This document shows positions 38,725 to 52,632 of a stretch of 64,000 nucleotides of DNA, one piece after another. The position numbers and the translations under genes were made by a program. The number at the start of each line of letters is the position of its first letter. Positions within the stretch are counted from its first letter, which is position 1. The DNA comes from Phoronis australis (Eukaryota > Animalia > Phoronida). The DNA lies in NCBI GenBank assembly GCA_002633005.1, contig NMRA01000297.1, forward strand, positions 400,993-464,992. The letters run 5' to 3'. The notes under the pieces are model-generated. The model was not told where the DNA came from. It ran no database searches and worked only from the letters and a program-made list of their open reading frames with translations.

Positions 38725-41436
38725 CGGAAATGTTAGTGAATTGCACAGGGTTATACGTGACCTAAGGTCTAAACAATCTGTATGGTTGTACGTAAATTGT
38801 AGTCTACAATTATACCTTTATAATAGTCTGTCTCTTGAAAAAAGATTTTTATCCATTTGGAGACCAGGTTAACTTAAAGATGAGCATGAAGTGACAACAC
38901 CGCAATAACAAGTTACATGTCAGTCGTGATGAACTGCAACACTGCTGTGACAAATCATCTGCAAAAGCTCGTATAAAAATGTATTGCTTTATCAAATTTG
39001 AAAGTGTGCATTGGCGGATCCAGGACTTTGAGTTGGGGGAGCAGAGCACAGGAATAAATTAAATTTAATTTGTTGAATGCATTTATCGTCATTATTTTGA
39101 CACTTTTCTCTTTATTTTGAGACCAGTCCTTAGGGTTTATTTTGCATTACTCATCTCTATTTATAGCCTCTAGGGCCTACTTTTGTATTCATACGTTTCT
39201 CTACGCGACTCCTGATTGGTCGCCCATATTTCCTTTGTTCTGTTCAACGTGGTCTCCCATTCAGCCACCTACCTCGTCGTCTACAAGACCTACGTTCTCT
39301 TCATTTTTCCCCACCCCCCATCCCGGGTGGCGGTTCCACATTCTCTTTGCTCATATACATTTCCTGTTAGGTTTTTTCAAGTTTTGTGTTCATGTTCTGT
39401 ACTTTTCCTTTAAGCCCTTCAGGCAGTTCTTTTGCTTTGTTCCCTCTCGCAGGGCTATTCATTGTACACGCCGGTGGGCGTTTTGTGCATGCCCATCTTG
39501 CAGAGTCTTAGTTAGTTTTATCTATTACGTCATAATAAATGACAAATATTCCCAATCCTCCTCTTGTTTTACTCTGCAGCATAGCTCGTGGCGTACCCCG
39601 GGCAAAATAGATTACGATAAACAGAATTTTGGAAGATGCGCGAGCCCAACCTAAAATGTAGGGATGCAGGGGTCTCGAATTTTTGGGTATGCGGACCTTT
39701 TGACTAAAAAAACGGTAAACGGATTTGTTCAGGGCCTATGCATTGTTTATTCACCTATTCACCCCCAGCCCCCCTAGTTGCGCGCATGTGCTAGTCAGCA
39801 CTTCGCACCCGAACTGCCAAATGGTATCTGGTAGAATTTTAGGAGGGCCATGGCCCCCTTGCCTCCCCCCCAAATCCGCCATAGATGAGCTCGAAGTTCG
39901 GAGTACTTACCAACAACTGCACCTCAGTTCTTCCCAACTAACCACTTGAGACGTTTTACCAGGTGCCGCCGTGATGTAAAGGTCACGCTACGAACCACCA
40001 GGACAGTCTGTTCTAAAGCAGCTGGGACGTCGACGACGGCGACCGCAGGATTCTTTCTATAACAAAAAGAGTTATCACCTTTTAACGGATTTGCTGTAGC
40101 CGAAGTTTCACTTAAAAGTGATGCTAGCGTTCAATAGTTCACTTGCTGCCTATAATTAACACAGCCCTTTATAACATATTTTGAATCAAACGTTTGCCCA
40201 AATCCTGCCCGCCTCCAAACAAGGACTTAGTGTTTGACCCTTCATTGCAGGCGGGCCAATCACCAGTGTGCAGGGCTGCAGCCTCTCTAATCGACCATAG
40301 TTGGCTCCTTGGATGGGGAGCTTTGCAGTCAAAATGTATGGCAATGCCCGCAGATCCATTGACAGTACTCAATGATGAACGCTGCAAGTGCAAAAAGACC
40401 ATTTGTGCTGGGAAACTGAGTTTGGGCTGTAATGCTGGGTCAAACTGTACAGAAATGTGCAGCTGTGACAACTGTAGTAATATCAGCAACACTGACTGTA
40501 GTCTTTAGATGTCTTAATACCACAAACACTCAGGTTAACGACTATGCTTGCGCACAAGCCTATACTCCTTATCTTTGAAGTTTTTTATTATAAGCGCTCA
40601 CTGATTTACTAAGCGTTCCCCCTCAACTTTTGAGAATTTCCAATTAACCGCCCACAGTTCAGGGTAGCACCTATTATAGTTCAATATAATTACAAGCGAC
40701 CGCTCGTGGTTTAAAATTGACACACATCCTATATCACTCTCATTTCACATAACAAATTCAGTTTCCAAAAACGTCTTTTCTCAATATGTAAAAACCAAAT
40801 CCCGGCTTTGCTACATACCTCCGAAGGAAAGGTAACACTAGTGACATGCGTGTCGTTTTATGACTAACATATTTCTTGGAAGGTATTAAGGAGCAAACTT
40901 GAATAACCCGATGGAAACCATCACGGAGTGGGGAATTTTTTCGAGGCTATTCATTTTATGGAAAACTAATTGTTGAGTACATGAGCAGCATACATGTAAG
41001 TACCACATTTTTGTTGTGAAATTTGCACTGAATTGTTTCCGCGCATCCAAATACGTCATTCGGTTAGCGCATCGTTTCTCGGATTTTTTTCAACAGATGT
41101 TTTCCAAAAGTCGAGTTAAGTTGCAAAATTTGGGCTGCGAATAAAAAGTGGAGGGGATTTGTACTCCGAGTTAATCTGGATTTTTAAGGACTTTGACGAC
41201 AGCCAGTAGCAGGCAGACCTGGCAAAATCGAAAATATTTTTTCAACGGGCGCTTTCTCCCTTTTCACATCGCAAACTTTGCTTCTCGAATGCACCTGCTA
41301 GTTAGAGGGCACTGATTCAACTTTCACGTCGTCAACTTGCCTTGCGCTCTAGAGCCTTTCTATGCCGGTCGTGAAGAACAGTAACGCTGTACCTGCATGA
41401 ACGAAATTTGTGAGTAGCTAACGCGGCAAGTAAAAG
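36710..41436 (+). repeat. Copy 1 of a ~4.7-5 kb tandem duplication flanking the N gap
   Basis: Collinear and near-identical to 42345-47302; both copies abut the gap. Confidence 0.9.
40190..40500 (+). mobile_element. AcademX-like transposase C-terminal remnant (Cys8/CXC zinc finger)
   Basis: CPPPNK...GW..LQSKCMAMPADP...RCKCKKTICAG...CNAGSNCTEMCSCDNCSN. Confidence 0.65.
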
Positions 41437-42344
41437 NNNNNNNNNNNNNNNNNNNNNNNNNNNNNNNNNNNNNNNNNNNNNNNNNNNNNNNNNNNNNNNN
41501 NNNNNNNNNNNNNNNNNNNNNNNNNNNNNNNNNNNNNNNNNNNNNNNNNNNNNNNNNNNNNNNNNNNNNNNNNNNNNNNNNNNNNNNNNNNNNNNNNNNN
41601 NNNNNNNNNNNNNNNNNNNNNNNNNNNNNNNNNNNNNNNNNNNNNNNNNNNNNNNNNNNNNNNNNNNNNNNNNNNNNNNNNNNNNNNNNNNNNNNNNNNN
41701 NNNNNNNNNNNNNNNNNNNNNNNNNNNNNNNNNNNNNNNNNNNNNNNNNNNNNNNNNNNNNNNNNNNNNNNNNNNNNNNNNNNNNNNNNNNNNNNNNNNN
41801 NNNNNNNNNNNNNNNNNNNNNNNNNNNNNNNNNNNNNNNNNNNNNNNNNNNNNNNNNNNNNNNNNNNNNNNNNNNNNNNNNNNNNNNNNNNNNNNNNNNN
41901 NNNNNNNNNNNNNNNNNNNNNNNNNNNNNNNNNNNNNNNNNNNNNNNNNNNNNNNNNNNNNNNNNNNNNNNNNNNNNNNNNNNNNNNNNNNNNNNNNNNN
42001 NNNNNNNNNNNNNNNNNNNNNNNNNNNNNNNNNNNNNNNNNNNNNNNNNNNNNNNNNNNNNNNNNNNNNNNNNNNNNNNNNNNNNNNNNNNNNNNNNNNN
42101 NNNNNNNNNNNNNNNNNNNNNNNNNNNNNNNNNNNNNNNNNNNNNNNNNNNNNNNNNNNNNNNNNNNNNNNNNNNNNNNNNNNNNNNNNNNNNNNNNNNN
42201 NNNNNNNNNNNNNNNNNNNNNNNNNNNNNNNNNNNNNNNNNNNNNNNNNNNNNNNNNNNNNNNNNNNNNNNNNNNNNNNNNNNNNNNNNNNNNNNNNNNN
42301 NNNNNNNNNNNNNNNNNNNNNNNNNNNNNNNNNNNNNNNNNNNN

Positions 42345-45300
42345 AGAAACCCAAAAAGGACCCACCCAAAAGAGCTAGCTCATACTTTCGAGGTACAGCA
42401 AAAACAATTCCATGTTATTTAATACATGTCACCGGTCACTAAATGCCCTACTACAGGCAAATACACTCTGGGTTGTGCCAGCCAGAAATCCCCCAAAATC
42501 TCAACCACGGTATGCCGTTGAATATTTGAGCTACATTAGATATTCGAAGTACGGGCTAAAACTGTGTTTTAAGAAACCAACAATCGTGTCGCAATAAACT
42601 CCGGATGACCCACGACAGACAAATTCTCCTCTGGAAAGTGTTCGCCAGAAACGCAAAAACAACGTCCAAAAAGGAACTAGCTCATATATTCGAGGTACCT
42701 CAATAAACAAATCCAGTCCATTATTACACACTCAAAAGGCATTTCTCTGTCGCTCTTCAATTGTATTGCTATCATTTCGATGACAAATTCATGTACAATA
42801 ACATACGTGTCAGAGACCCTGATCAACGCATTTCCATCTGAGTTGGCTAAGTGGAAGGCAAGAAGCGTGTCCTCCTCTTCATGGGAACCTTAAGGATCCA
42901 GTGGATGGTCAGCTGACATGGTACATGTAACAGTGTAAGAAAGGCCAATACAGTTGCCGCCATGTGGGACAAGTGTTTTCTCCCCAAGAACTGGTCCATA
43001 GGTCCTTCTGCTATTCTTGTAAGAGGAAGGTTGCCAAGCACGTGTTTTTCAACAAGACATTTTTGGGTGTTAAATTCATGTTACAGTATATTACGGAAAG
43101 AAGTTACATTTGGCACAAGTGAAAAGTTCGGCCCTAAAAACAAGTAGGTCTAAGTAAGATTGTAATTCTGTAGTATTTACTTATAACTATTGTTATCTGT
43201 AGTACTTAAATATGCCCGTGAAATATTTTTTAAATGAAATGTTTACCCTGTAAAAGAACCCAAACCAGTACTTCGTGTTGCTGACAGCGTACAGTGTATT
43301 AGCCAATAGACCATCTCATTGCGGACTGTTCCATTTTTTTGAAAATTTTCCGACATTCCGCCAACCCAACTAAGTGTCCCGCGATTTGACGCCAGGCCAA
43401 ATTGACATAACATCATATACTATTGTAATTTCCCACGCGACATATCCATATTTTCCCGCTAGACTACAAAGGAAAAACGGGACCCTTTCGATTGCTCATT
43501 TTACTACATTAGATGCTGTCTTAGGAGTATCACTTAATGGGTTGTTTTTAACAGTTCCTGATATCCAAAACTTAAGTGTTATGAGGTATTTTCCAAAATG
43601 CTTACTTTCCACTATTATCCAATTGGCACTCAATCTGACACTATTAACGATTTTAAGCAAGGTAGAGTTCAATAGACGCGAAAGTATTACGCAAATGCAA
43701 GAATTCACCGTGAACTGTAAACTAAGAAAGTGATCACATCTTCCTTATAGAAATTCTTTATTCTACGAAACTCTACCAACATACACAGTGGGACACGGCA
43801 GATGTGAAATACTGCAAAGAATGACAAATGGAGGAGGTAACAGGAAAGTCACGCAAACACGTGTAGCGTGCGGTGCAACCCCTTTTGCTGCTCATTCAAA
43901 ACATACTTCTCGAATGCAATCAAAAGGGACTCCATTATTTTCAATAGCAGCACGTCATTCTCTACGTACCGAATTGACGTGTTTTCCACAATTTCTTGAC
44001 GGGTGATTAGTGGTCAGTGACATGTATTAAATGAATCACATGGAATTGTTTTGGTGGTAACTCGAATGTATGAGCTAGCTCATTTTGGTGGGTCCTTTTT
44101 GGGATTCTGGCGGATCCTTACCAGAGTGCAATTTGTTTGCCATGAGTCATTCAATGCGGTACTATTGTCCGCTTTAAATCAGTTTGGCCAGTACCCCGAA
44201 TATCTAGCTCACATTTGGCCCCTTTGTACGGTCCCCTGGGTCACATCCAGGGTTCAGACAACGGCAGACGTTCATTTTTCTATATACTGAGTTGGACTGC
44301 AAGTGCTTTGCTTCTATGGTTAGTTGTTGGTACCTACATGTAGTTCATCTATAGTAAGAGCTCTGGGCTGTCGGTCTACGGAAATGTTAGTGAATTGCAC
44401 AGGGTTATACATGACCTAAGGTCTAAACAATCTGTATGGTTGTACGCAAATTGTACTCTACAATTATACCTTTATAATAGTTTGTCTCTTGAAAAAAGAT
44501 TTTTATCCATTTGGAGACCAGGTTAACTTAAAGATGAGCATGAAGTGACAACACCGGAATAATTAGTTACATGTCAGTCGTGATGAACTGCAACACTGCT
44601 GTGACAAATCATCTGCAAAAGCTCGTATAAAAATGTATTCCTTTATCAAATTTGAACGTGTGCATTGGCGGATCCAGGACTTTGAGTTGGGGGGGCAGAG
44701 CACAGGAATAAATAGAATTTTGGAAGATGCGCGAGCCCAATCTAAAATGTAGGGATGCAGGGGTCTCGAATTTTTGGGTATGCGGACCTTTTGACTAAAA
44801 AAACGGTAAACGGATTTGTTCAGGGCCTATGCATTGTTTATTCACCTATTCACCCCCAGCCCCCCTGGTTGCGCGCATGTGCTAGTCAGCAATTTGCACC
44901 CGAACTGCCAAATGGTATCTGGTAGAATTTTAGGGGGGCCATGGCCCCCTTGCCTCCCCCCCCCCAAATCCGCCACAGATGAGCTCGAAGTTCAGAGTAC
45001 TTACCAACAACTGCACCTCAGTTCTTCCCAACTAACCACTTGAGACGTTTTACCAGGTGCCGCCGTGAAGTAAAGGTCACGCTACGAACGACCAGGACAG
45101 TCTGTTCTAAAGCAGCTGGGACGTCGACAACGGCGACCGCAGGATTCTTTCTATAACAAAAAAGAGTTATCACCTTTTAACGGATTTGCTGCACAGAACT
45201 GTGCAGCTGTGACAACTGTAGTAACATCAGCAACACTGACTGCATAGCTTTGGATAGTTATTTGACAAGTCAACCCTAAATAAAGCTCCAACCTTGTTAT

Positions 45301-47302
45301 TTTATGTTTTTGTATTAAAAAGTGAATTTCATTTGTTGATTAAGTCATAGAAAGTGCATACTTTGATCATTGTCATGTATTTGTCTCATACTGCTTGCTA
45401 AATTCTGTCAGAATAATGTAATGTTTTCATACAGTCTCTGTGCACATTCACAGAGATCATTCAACTATATTGTTTTTGTACTATAACGTATTTCTGGTGT
45501 ATTATGCAAACAAGCTATATTTTAGACCATAAATCAATGGTTCAGTCATTGAGGCAGGCACAAATTTTGCCCAGTCTCAAGTGTTTTGTGTAATTTTTGT
45601 TGTCAGAATTAGTTTGCATTTCTGCCTCATTTTTTTAAATTTCACTGTTCACAATTATTCTACAATAATAAAACATGTAATGTGAATGAATTATTGTTCA
45701 ATACAATGACATCAATGGGACCATATTACTTGCTTTACAAAAAATAAAGCAAAAACTGTTGATTTTACAAATATAAGTTCTCTAAGCTATATGGTGGTTA
45801 TTATGCAACTTCAAACTCAAATTTCTCAAAAATGTGCAACTTTATATGTGGGAACTTTTTAGATTTTGAAAACACTCTAGTAAATGAATTGAAAAATCAT
45901 TTTCTAGAAGCACAACAAATTCTGGCTCTCCGCCTATAAATGAAAGAGTAGGCCTATACCGGCTTGGCTCTGTTAAGCACCCATGTGCCAGTGGTTTATT
46001 TGAAAATGAACTCACAGATTCCTGGCCGTTTTAAAAGACCCGATGCTTTACGATATTCCCCGGTATCGATATAGTAACCCAGAACTGATATTTTCCTGTT
46101 CCGATGTTTCCCGAGGTCGATGTTCGCTAAGCCCTATATTCTATGCACGTAGCCAGCTAATGCAACTAAACATGTGCTAGATGCAAAATTGTGATTAGCG
46201 AACTTTGTATTCTTCTCTCCATACAACCCTCCCCCGGCAACTTTTCACTCCCCGGGTCGTTAAAAAGGGTTCATTGTAGGCGGAAACGATATCCAGAAAG
46301 TCTTCCCTACTAGATGGAGTTTGCCTCGCAAAAGTGTATTATTACAACGTTTCTTACCATTGTAGTCTTTAAATGTCTTAATACCACAAACACTCAGGTT
46401 AATGACTATGCTTGCGCACAAGCCTATACTCCTTACCTTTGAAGTTTTTTATTATAAGCGCTCACTGATTTACTAAGCGTTCCCCCTCAACTTTTGAGAA
46501 TTTCCAATTAACCGCCCACAGTTCAGGCTAGCACCTATTATAGCGCAATATAATTACAAGCGACCGCGCGTGGGTTTAAAATTGACACACAACCTATATC
46601 ATTCTCATTTTACATAACAAATTCAGTTTCCAAAAAACGTCTTTTCTCAATATGTAAAAACCAAATCCCGGCTTTGCTACATACCTCCGAATGAAAGGTA
46701 ACACTAGTGACATGCGTGTCGTTTTATGACTAACATATTTCTTGGAAGGTATTAAGGAGCAAACTCGAATAACCCGATGGAAACCATCACGGAGTGGGGA
46801 ATTTTTTCGAGGCTATTCATTTTAAGGAAAACTAATTGTTGAGTACATAAGCAGCATACATGTAAGTGCTACATTTTTGTTGTGAAATTTGCACTGAATT
46901 GTTTCCGCGCATGCAAATACGTCATTCGGTTAGCGCATCGTTTCTCGGACTTTTTTCAACAGATCATTTCCAAACGTCGAGTTAAGTTGCAAAATTTGGG
47001 CTGCGAACGAAAAGTGGAGGGGATTTGCACTCCGAGTTAGTTTGGATTTTTAAGGACTTTGACGACAGCCAGTAGCAGGCAGACCTGGCAAAATCGAAAA
47101 TATTTTTTCAACGGGCATTTTCTCCCTTTTCACATCGCAAACTTTGCTTCTCGAATGCACCTGCTAGTTAGAGGGCACTGATTCAACTTTCACGTCGTCA
47201 ACTTGCCTTGCGCTCTAGAGCCTTTCTATGCCGGTCGTGAAGAACAGTAACGCCGTACCTGCATGAACGAAATTTGTGAGTAGCTAACGCGGCAAGTAAA
47301 AG
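42345..47302 (+). repeat. Copy 2 of the tandem duplication (probable alternative haplotype)
   Basis: Starts agaaacccaaaaagga right after the gap and ends ggcaagtaaaag like copy 1; differs by SNPs and large indels. Confidence 0.9.
45190..45936 (+). mobile_element. AcademX-like 3' end (tail of Cys8 finger, UTR and terminus ...ctccgccta)
   Basis: CTELCSCDNCSNISNTD matches 40446-40497; AT-rich tail ending in CTA. Confidence 0.5.
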
Positions 47303-49162
47303 CATAATCTAAACATTTTCTAGGTGATCTGAAAAATCAATTTTGGAACGTAAAAATGACGGGAAAATTTTGCGACCTGGAATTTATCAATGCGAGCTGG
47401 CTTTTGAAAATGCGACCCGGGATTTTGGCTAGGTCGCAAAATGCGACCTTGCGATTTTAATAGCGTCGATCCCTGAAAGGGAAACAATTCAGTGTACGTA
47501 TGAGACTTAATTTTTATAAAAATCTCATGAGAATTTGATGTACGCAAAGGAGTGAGAGTTAGTACAGTAGGACACTTTTCAGTGGCCTCCAACCCAGTGT
47601 AGTGTACATGTACGTAATAAGTGACACAATGTTTTTCGGCTAATTTTTCTAAATAACACTAATCCACACAAAAGTCAAACCACTTAAGTGTCCAACAGAC
47701 CCACACTATTCATTGTGTACGTTTATAAAATACGTACCAAATAAATAACTTATTTATATTATGTTAGGGGTGTCGAAACCTTCCGGCACGGGGATTACAG
47801 GTGTACTGAAACCGCACAGGGGGTTTACATTAACATCGACTTCACGGTCTTCATACAAGTAATATCATAGTTTTAGAAAATCATTCAAAAGACAAACATA
47901 AAGTGAACGGCGTTTGTTAAATTGGTAAAAGAACGGTGAAATAAAGAGCTTTCAAACAAACAAGGAAATAGCTTGGTAGTTTCCTCAATGAACAAAAGGT
48001 GACTCAACAAACGGCATTGTGGGAGGTTTGTTTCTTATTTTGATAGTGTCACGTGCTCCAAAGTGAATTTTGTATCTTGAAGTGCCTAAAAGCCACTCTT
48101 TGTAAGCGTGTAACGAAAAAGAAACGTGTATTTTCAAAGATTAAGCAATTGGCATAATACATTTACTTTGAAAAACAAAAAACAAAAATTTCGTCAACAT
48201 TTAATTAACAGCTGACGCTTACAGCAGACTGGATTGGTGAAGAATTTTGTTGTTCTTTTTAAGTTTATGTTTCATGCTCTTCAGCTTACGCGTATGTAAG
48301 TGACGCCTGATTAATCCGCTACGTATTTTTACTTTAACATTGTCAGTGAATAGGGCTAAGACTTGACAGAATATAAACAAAACAGCCAGCTTAACGCCTG
48401 TAATTGAAAAAGGCTTGAGTTCGACAGCCGTCTCGAGGCGAGAAAATCTAGCCAAAATCACGTGCTCTCGTTGAAAATACTCGGTAATATCTTGCGCAAT
48501 CTCGTGAAATCTTGCCTTTTTAGCGAGGTCATAACGAGGTCTTAGCGTTATAGAACTCTACGCAAGAAGACATTTCCTCAACCGCATGCGTGAGAAACAA
48601 TTGAGTAAAAATTTTGTTTTGGAAAAAATAATACTTCGGATATTGGCACATAGCTCAAATAAAAGAGCGTAAGGTAATAGAAAACACCGCTGGTATTTAA
48701 TAAAGGAGTCGTTATGTGTTCATAGAATTCTCATGTATCACCACATCCATGTATTACTGCATGTCTCAGGGAGATTTTGCATTAAGCGTTAAATGAGTTA
48801 AAAGATTCCAAACCTTTTCTCGTGTTTTCAACGAATTTGAAGACATGTTTGTAATTCTCTCTCGTTTTCTCTCAGTTTTATTTCGTGTTTACACGTCGAA
48901 AATGGTTCAATATTTATTCAAAACTTTATTGTAAAGACATTTTCACGTTTAGCCGTATGAATCAGGTGACTAGTCTGAAGGAAAGACTTTGAAAAGGGCT
49001 TTGTCATAAAGAAACACAATAGATCATTGTTCGATCGCGTTGTGAAAATATGTTTATTTTAATAAGGGCAGTCAAGGTCCCCGTGTGTCGCTATTTGGAG
49101 GAGAGTTGCTTTGGCACTGAGATCTGCCAATTTTTAATTCCTTGTTAATACGATAACGTAGT

Positions 49163-49223
49163 ATGAAGTCAATTGGTCTCTTACTACTTGGGTTTGTGGC
49201 ACTGGAGTTAATTCCGCCGTCAG
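49163..49223 (+). CDS. Signal-peptide exon
   Basis: MKSIGLLLLGFVALELIPPS+G|gtacag, phase 1. Confidence 0.7.
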
Positions 49224-52200
49224 GTACAGTCAAAATTTATTAATGTTGCGTCATTAACAAAATAAAAATAAAAAACGCAAACTGGAACCAAACGGAATGT
49301 CAAATTCAACGGCATTTAAACTTAGCTGTAATGAATCCTTAGCTGCGCACTGTAACAATGACCTCGGCGGTAATTTAAGTAATTATAATTATAATTGATG
49401 TAAGTAATCAATTTTTGATTTGAAAACTATGACATAAATGACTGCTCGGTATAAGGGTTTCTATCATATTGTGAGAAGAATCTGTACAGTTGTATTTATA
49501 CCCAATGGCTATCAAGGTGAGATGCGAAAAAAAATATTTTGGTATTAATTTTGATTGTCATGTGAAATAAGTTTCATTTTGGAACAATTGCTGTTTATAG
49601 GGCATTATTTCATTTTGAAAAGGAATTATCAATTAGAGGATAGATAGTTTCGCATTCAGTTTCGAATTGCAAATTTTCCACAGTAATCAATGGAATTATT
49701 AAGAAGTAAAACAAAAGCATAATCAAAGAAATTGTCGTCAGCGTTGTTATCAGATGATCGGTTACAACTCCTTTAAAACATAGCTTACATGAGCTTACTC
49801 AAGGTGCCATCTCGACTGTTGGTTAAGGTTATGCAGCACTTTATGAACAGGTGTGTATAGTTAGCCAAAGATCTTTTAACCCAGTAAAAGTACAGATTAC
49901 ATGAAAGTTGAAAGCATACAAAATTGGATTTATGATTGTATAGTAGAAAACTTTTACCTTAACAGAGCTGTTTAGATATTGCGCATTTTGTTTGTGCATA
50001 CGGGTGCGTGCTGGAGTGTGCGTCTCTGTATGCGTATGCGTGCGTGTTTGTTTGTGTACATGTGCTTGTAAGCGTGTGTGCGAGCGCGAACGCGCGTGTT
50101 TGTGCTTACCGTAAAGGAAAATGGGAACTTTCGCAAAGTTTTGATTCTTGTTCATAAAGAATTCAAGGTGTAAACGTAAGTTTGCGAAGAAATAAGGCAG
50201 TGACTTGTAAAGTACATGGCCGTAGCTAAGGCGTGAGGCTGATGCGTACGAACACCCTCACCGGAAATCAGTTTGGTCCGCCTAAGATTCAGCAGGAATA
50301 TTTTTGCTTTAGACCTCAGTTGCAAGAATCTGACGTAGACGACGGACGACCTGGGTAGTGGAAAATGGGTTGTAATCGGAAAATAGGGTAGAGAACCAAG
50401 CAGATGGTTCGCTTATAATAGCTGGTTATGGGCCATGATAGAATCAAAAACAGACAATCGCCGCACAAATTACAAATGTCGTATAAATTCGACGTTTTGT
50501 CTATTAATTTTAGATATCATCAGGATACAAACAATCGGATAACGTAGCTGGACCCGAGAAAACGAAAGTTTTCATTTCTCTTGGTAACACAAGGCCCAGT
50601 AGTCTGAAGATAAAACTTCAATTATCTCGTCTTGTACATTCCATAGACCCAGCCGCTGAGCTGATGGTGGTTTTCAAGTCTCTTTGTAAACTATCCAATA
50701 TGCTCTGTAAACATATACCTTTGTTAAACAATAGCAATGTTGCTTATAACGTTGACTGTCGTAATTGTAGACACCTCTGTGACAGATGGAGAGTACGTCG
50801 CACCTTAGACAAAAGTAACGTCTACAGGCATTGTACTAGTAACATTCACCAAGCTAATTCAGTCAGTATAATCTGTAAAGAACCTGTAAAGGTATTACTA
50901 TACATTAAAGAGTCATTCAGGACCAGCTACTGGTTCTCTGAATAATATGCAGACCTCATTGACCATGCAGGTATATGTATTTACTATTTCCTGCCATTGC
51001 TGTTGCATTCATTTCATGTCATGGGTGTAACCTGACTCTTTTGTCGACACTTGATGTCTGATGTCTGGTTGCGTGTATTCTGATGATGACTAATGAATAA
51101 ACGAAACGTCAAATTTTAAAGTATGAACTTTTACATGGGTGCGGCAATTGTTCGTTTTTTGGTTGGTTACGGGCATGGAATACTTAACCTTCAAAAGTTG
51201 TAACGCAATTTTACTTTTGTGGTCTTCAGATGAATGTGTGCGAACGCGCCGCACTTGCTTCAGTCTGAACTGTCCTGGGGGTTCTCACCGCCATTACTAC
51301 TTCACTGCGTCGCATGGCTCCACCTCGCAGAACGTCTACTGGTCAACGCCAAGCTGTACATGTGGGTAAGAATTTATCTCATGTCCAACATCATGAGTAG
51401 AAGAAACAGCAATACCTTTCACGCTAAAGAGACTCATCAATGACGTCGAAGAGCGGCCGGGCCTTGCAATTTTACTCGTAATGAAAACGATGATGCTTGA
51501 AACTCCATGGCTGATACAGTGTACTTAAGATTTCCATACCCACTTTTTAATTTGTGCAACTGATTTGTAATTGATAGTTACGCTGGTGTTTGGTTTTGGC
51601 ATAAGTTAGTGTTTCTTTGCGATTAGATGTTTTAAGCTCATGATTTGGTTATATACACATTCACTGACAAAGCTTTGGTAATCAATTGAAATTATTGGCT
51701 TAGTTTGTATATGTTACCTTCCTACACTCGATATGCTGACCTTTATATTGATGCAATGGGCTAAACCTGATATCACGCCACTGATATCCAAGTGGATGGC
51801 TTCTACACCATGTATGGAATAACCACAAAGAAAGCTCCTTAGTCAACTCAGAAGACGAGGACTAGTTTGTATATTAGTCCTTTTTTCGAGAAAAATACCT
51901 GCTTACATTGGTTCTAGAAATATAAATTGAAAGCGAAACTATTTTGCATTAGTTTGTTGCACACGAAAGGATGTGTGACACTTAACATCATTAGAATATT
52001 ATAAATAATAAGCACTTAAATAACGAACTCTGTCGCAAATTTACCGCAATATATACTGTATACTAAGTCCAGACGTTTTGTTTCTTCGCTCAAAACATCA
52101 GTGCAAACGGTGGTGGAAACCATATACCTGAGAGGTGAACATTACAGAACGAGCAAACATTAGAACAGGCGACAGGAAACAGAACATCATCAGGAATCAG

Positions 52201-52589
52201 GGCCTGTGATGTAACTTTGTGGACGTAGTATTTCTGTTCGAAAGAGGAAGGTTGAAAGTCTGTTGTCACCCCATAGCATATATGTGTCATCAAAATCAAT
52301 GTCATTTTGAGTGGTAAAGGTTTGTCGAAATACAGCGCTGTTGCCAATGGCTTTCTGTTCTTCAATGCTTTGGTGGAGTTGGCAGAAAGGCCTCCATTCT
52401 AATGTCTCAATGCTGCTACATATCGTAGCTTCAAACATGATTTGGAATTCTAGGAGTTTTAGACAAACACCAAGTATTCGACAAGGACAACGACTGTCGG
52501 AAGGGACTCACTACTTACGATATTATTGCACCGACGACTGTGGACATTGTGGAAATTGTCATATTTGGCTGCACGTTTCAGGTTAGTAT

Positions 52590-52632
<43 letters not shown>

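Noticed and set aside
39142-39654. 170 aa ORF
   Set aside because: Low-complexity pyrimidine-rich sequence within a haplotype-specific indel, with no recognisable domain
41332-42369. Long ORFs of 315-345 aa
   Set aside because: Composed of N-gap X residues
50771-50970. Possible small exons in intron 1 of the HYR/Sushi gene
   Set aside because: Phases are incompatible with the phase-1 junction or contain stops; direct splicing of 49223 to 51230 is in frame
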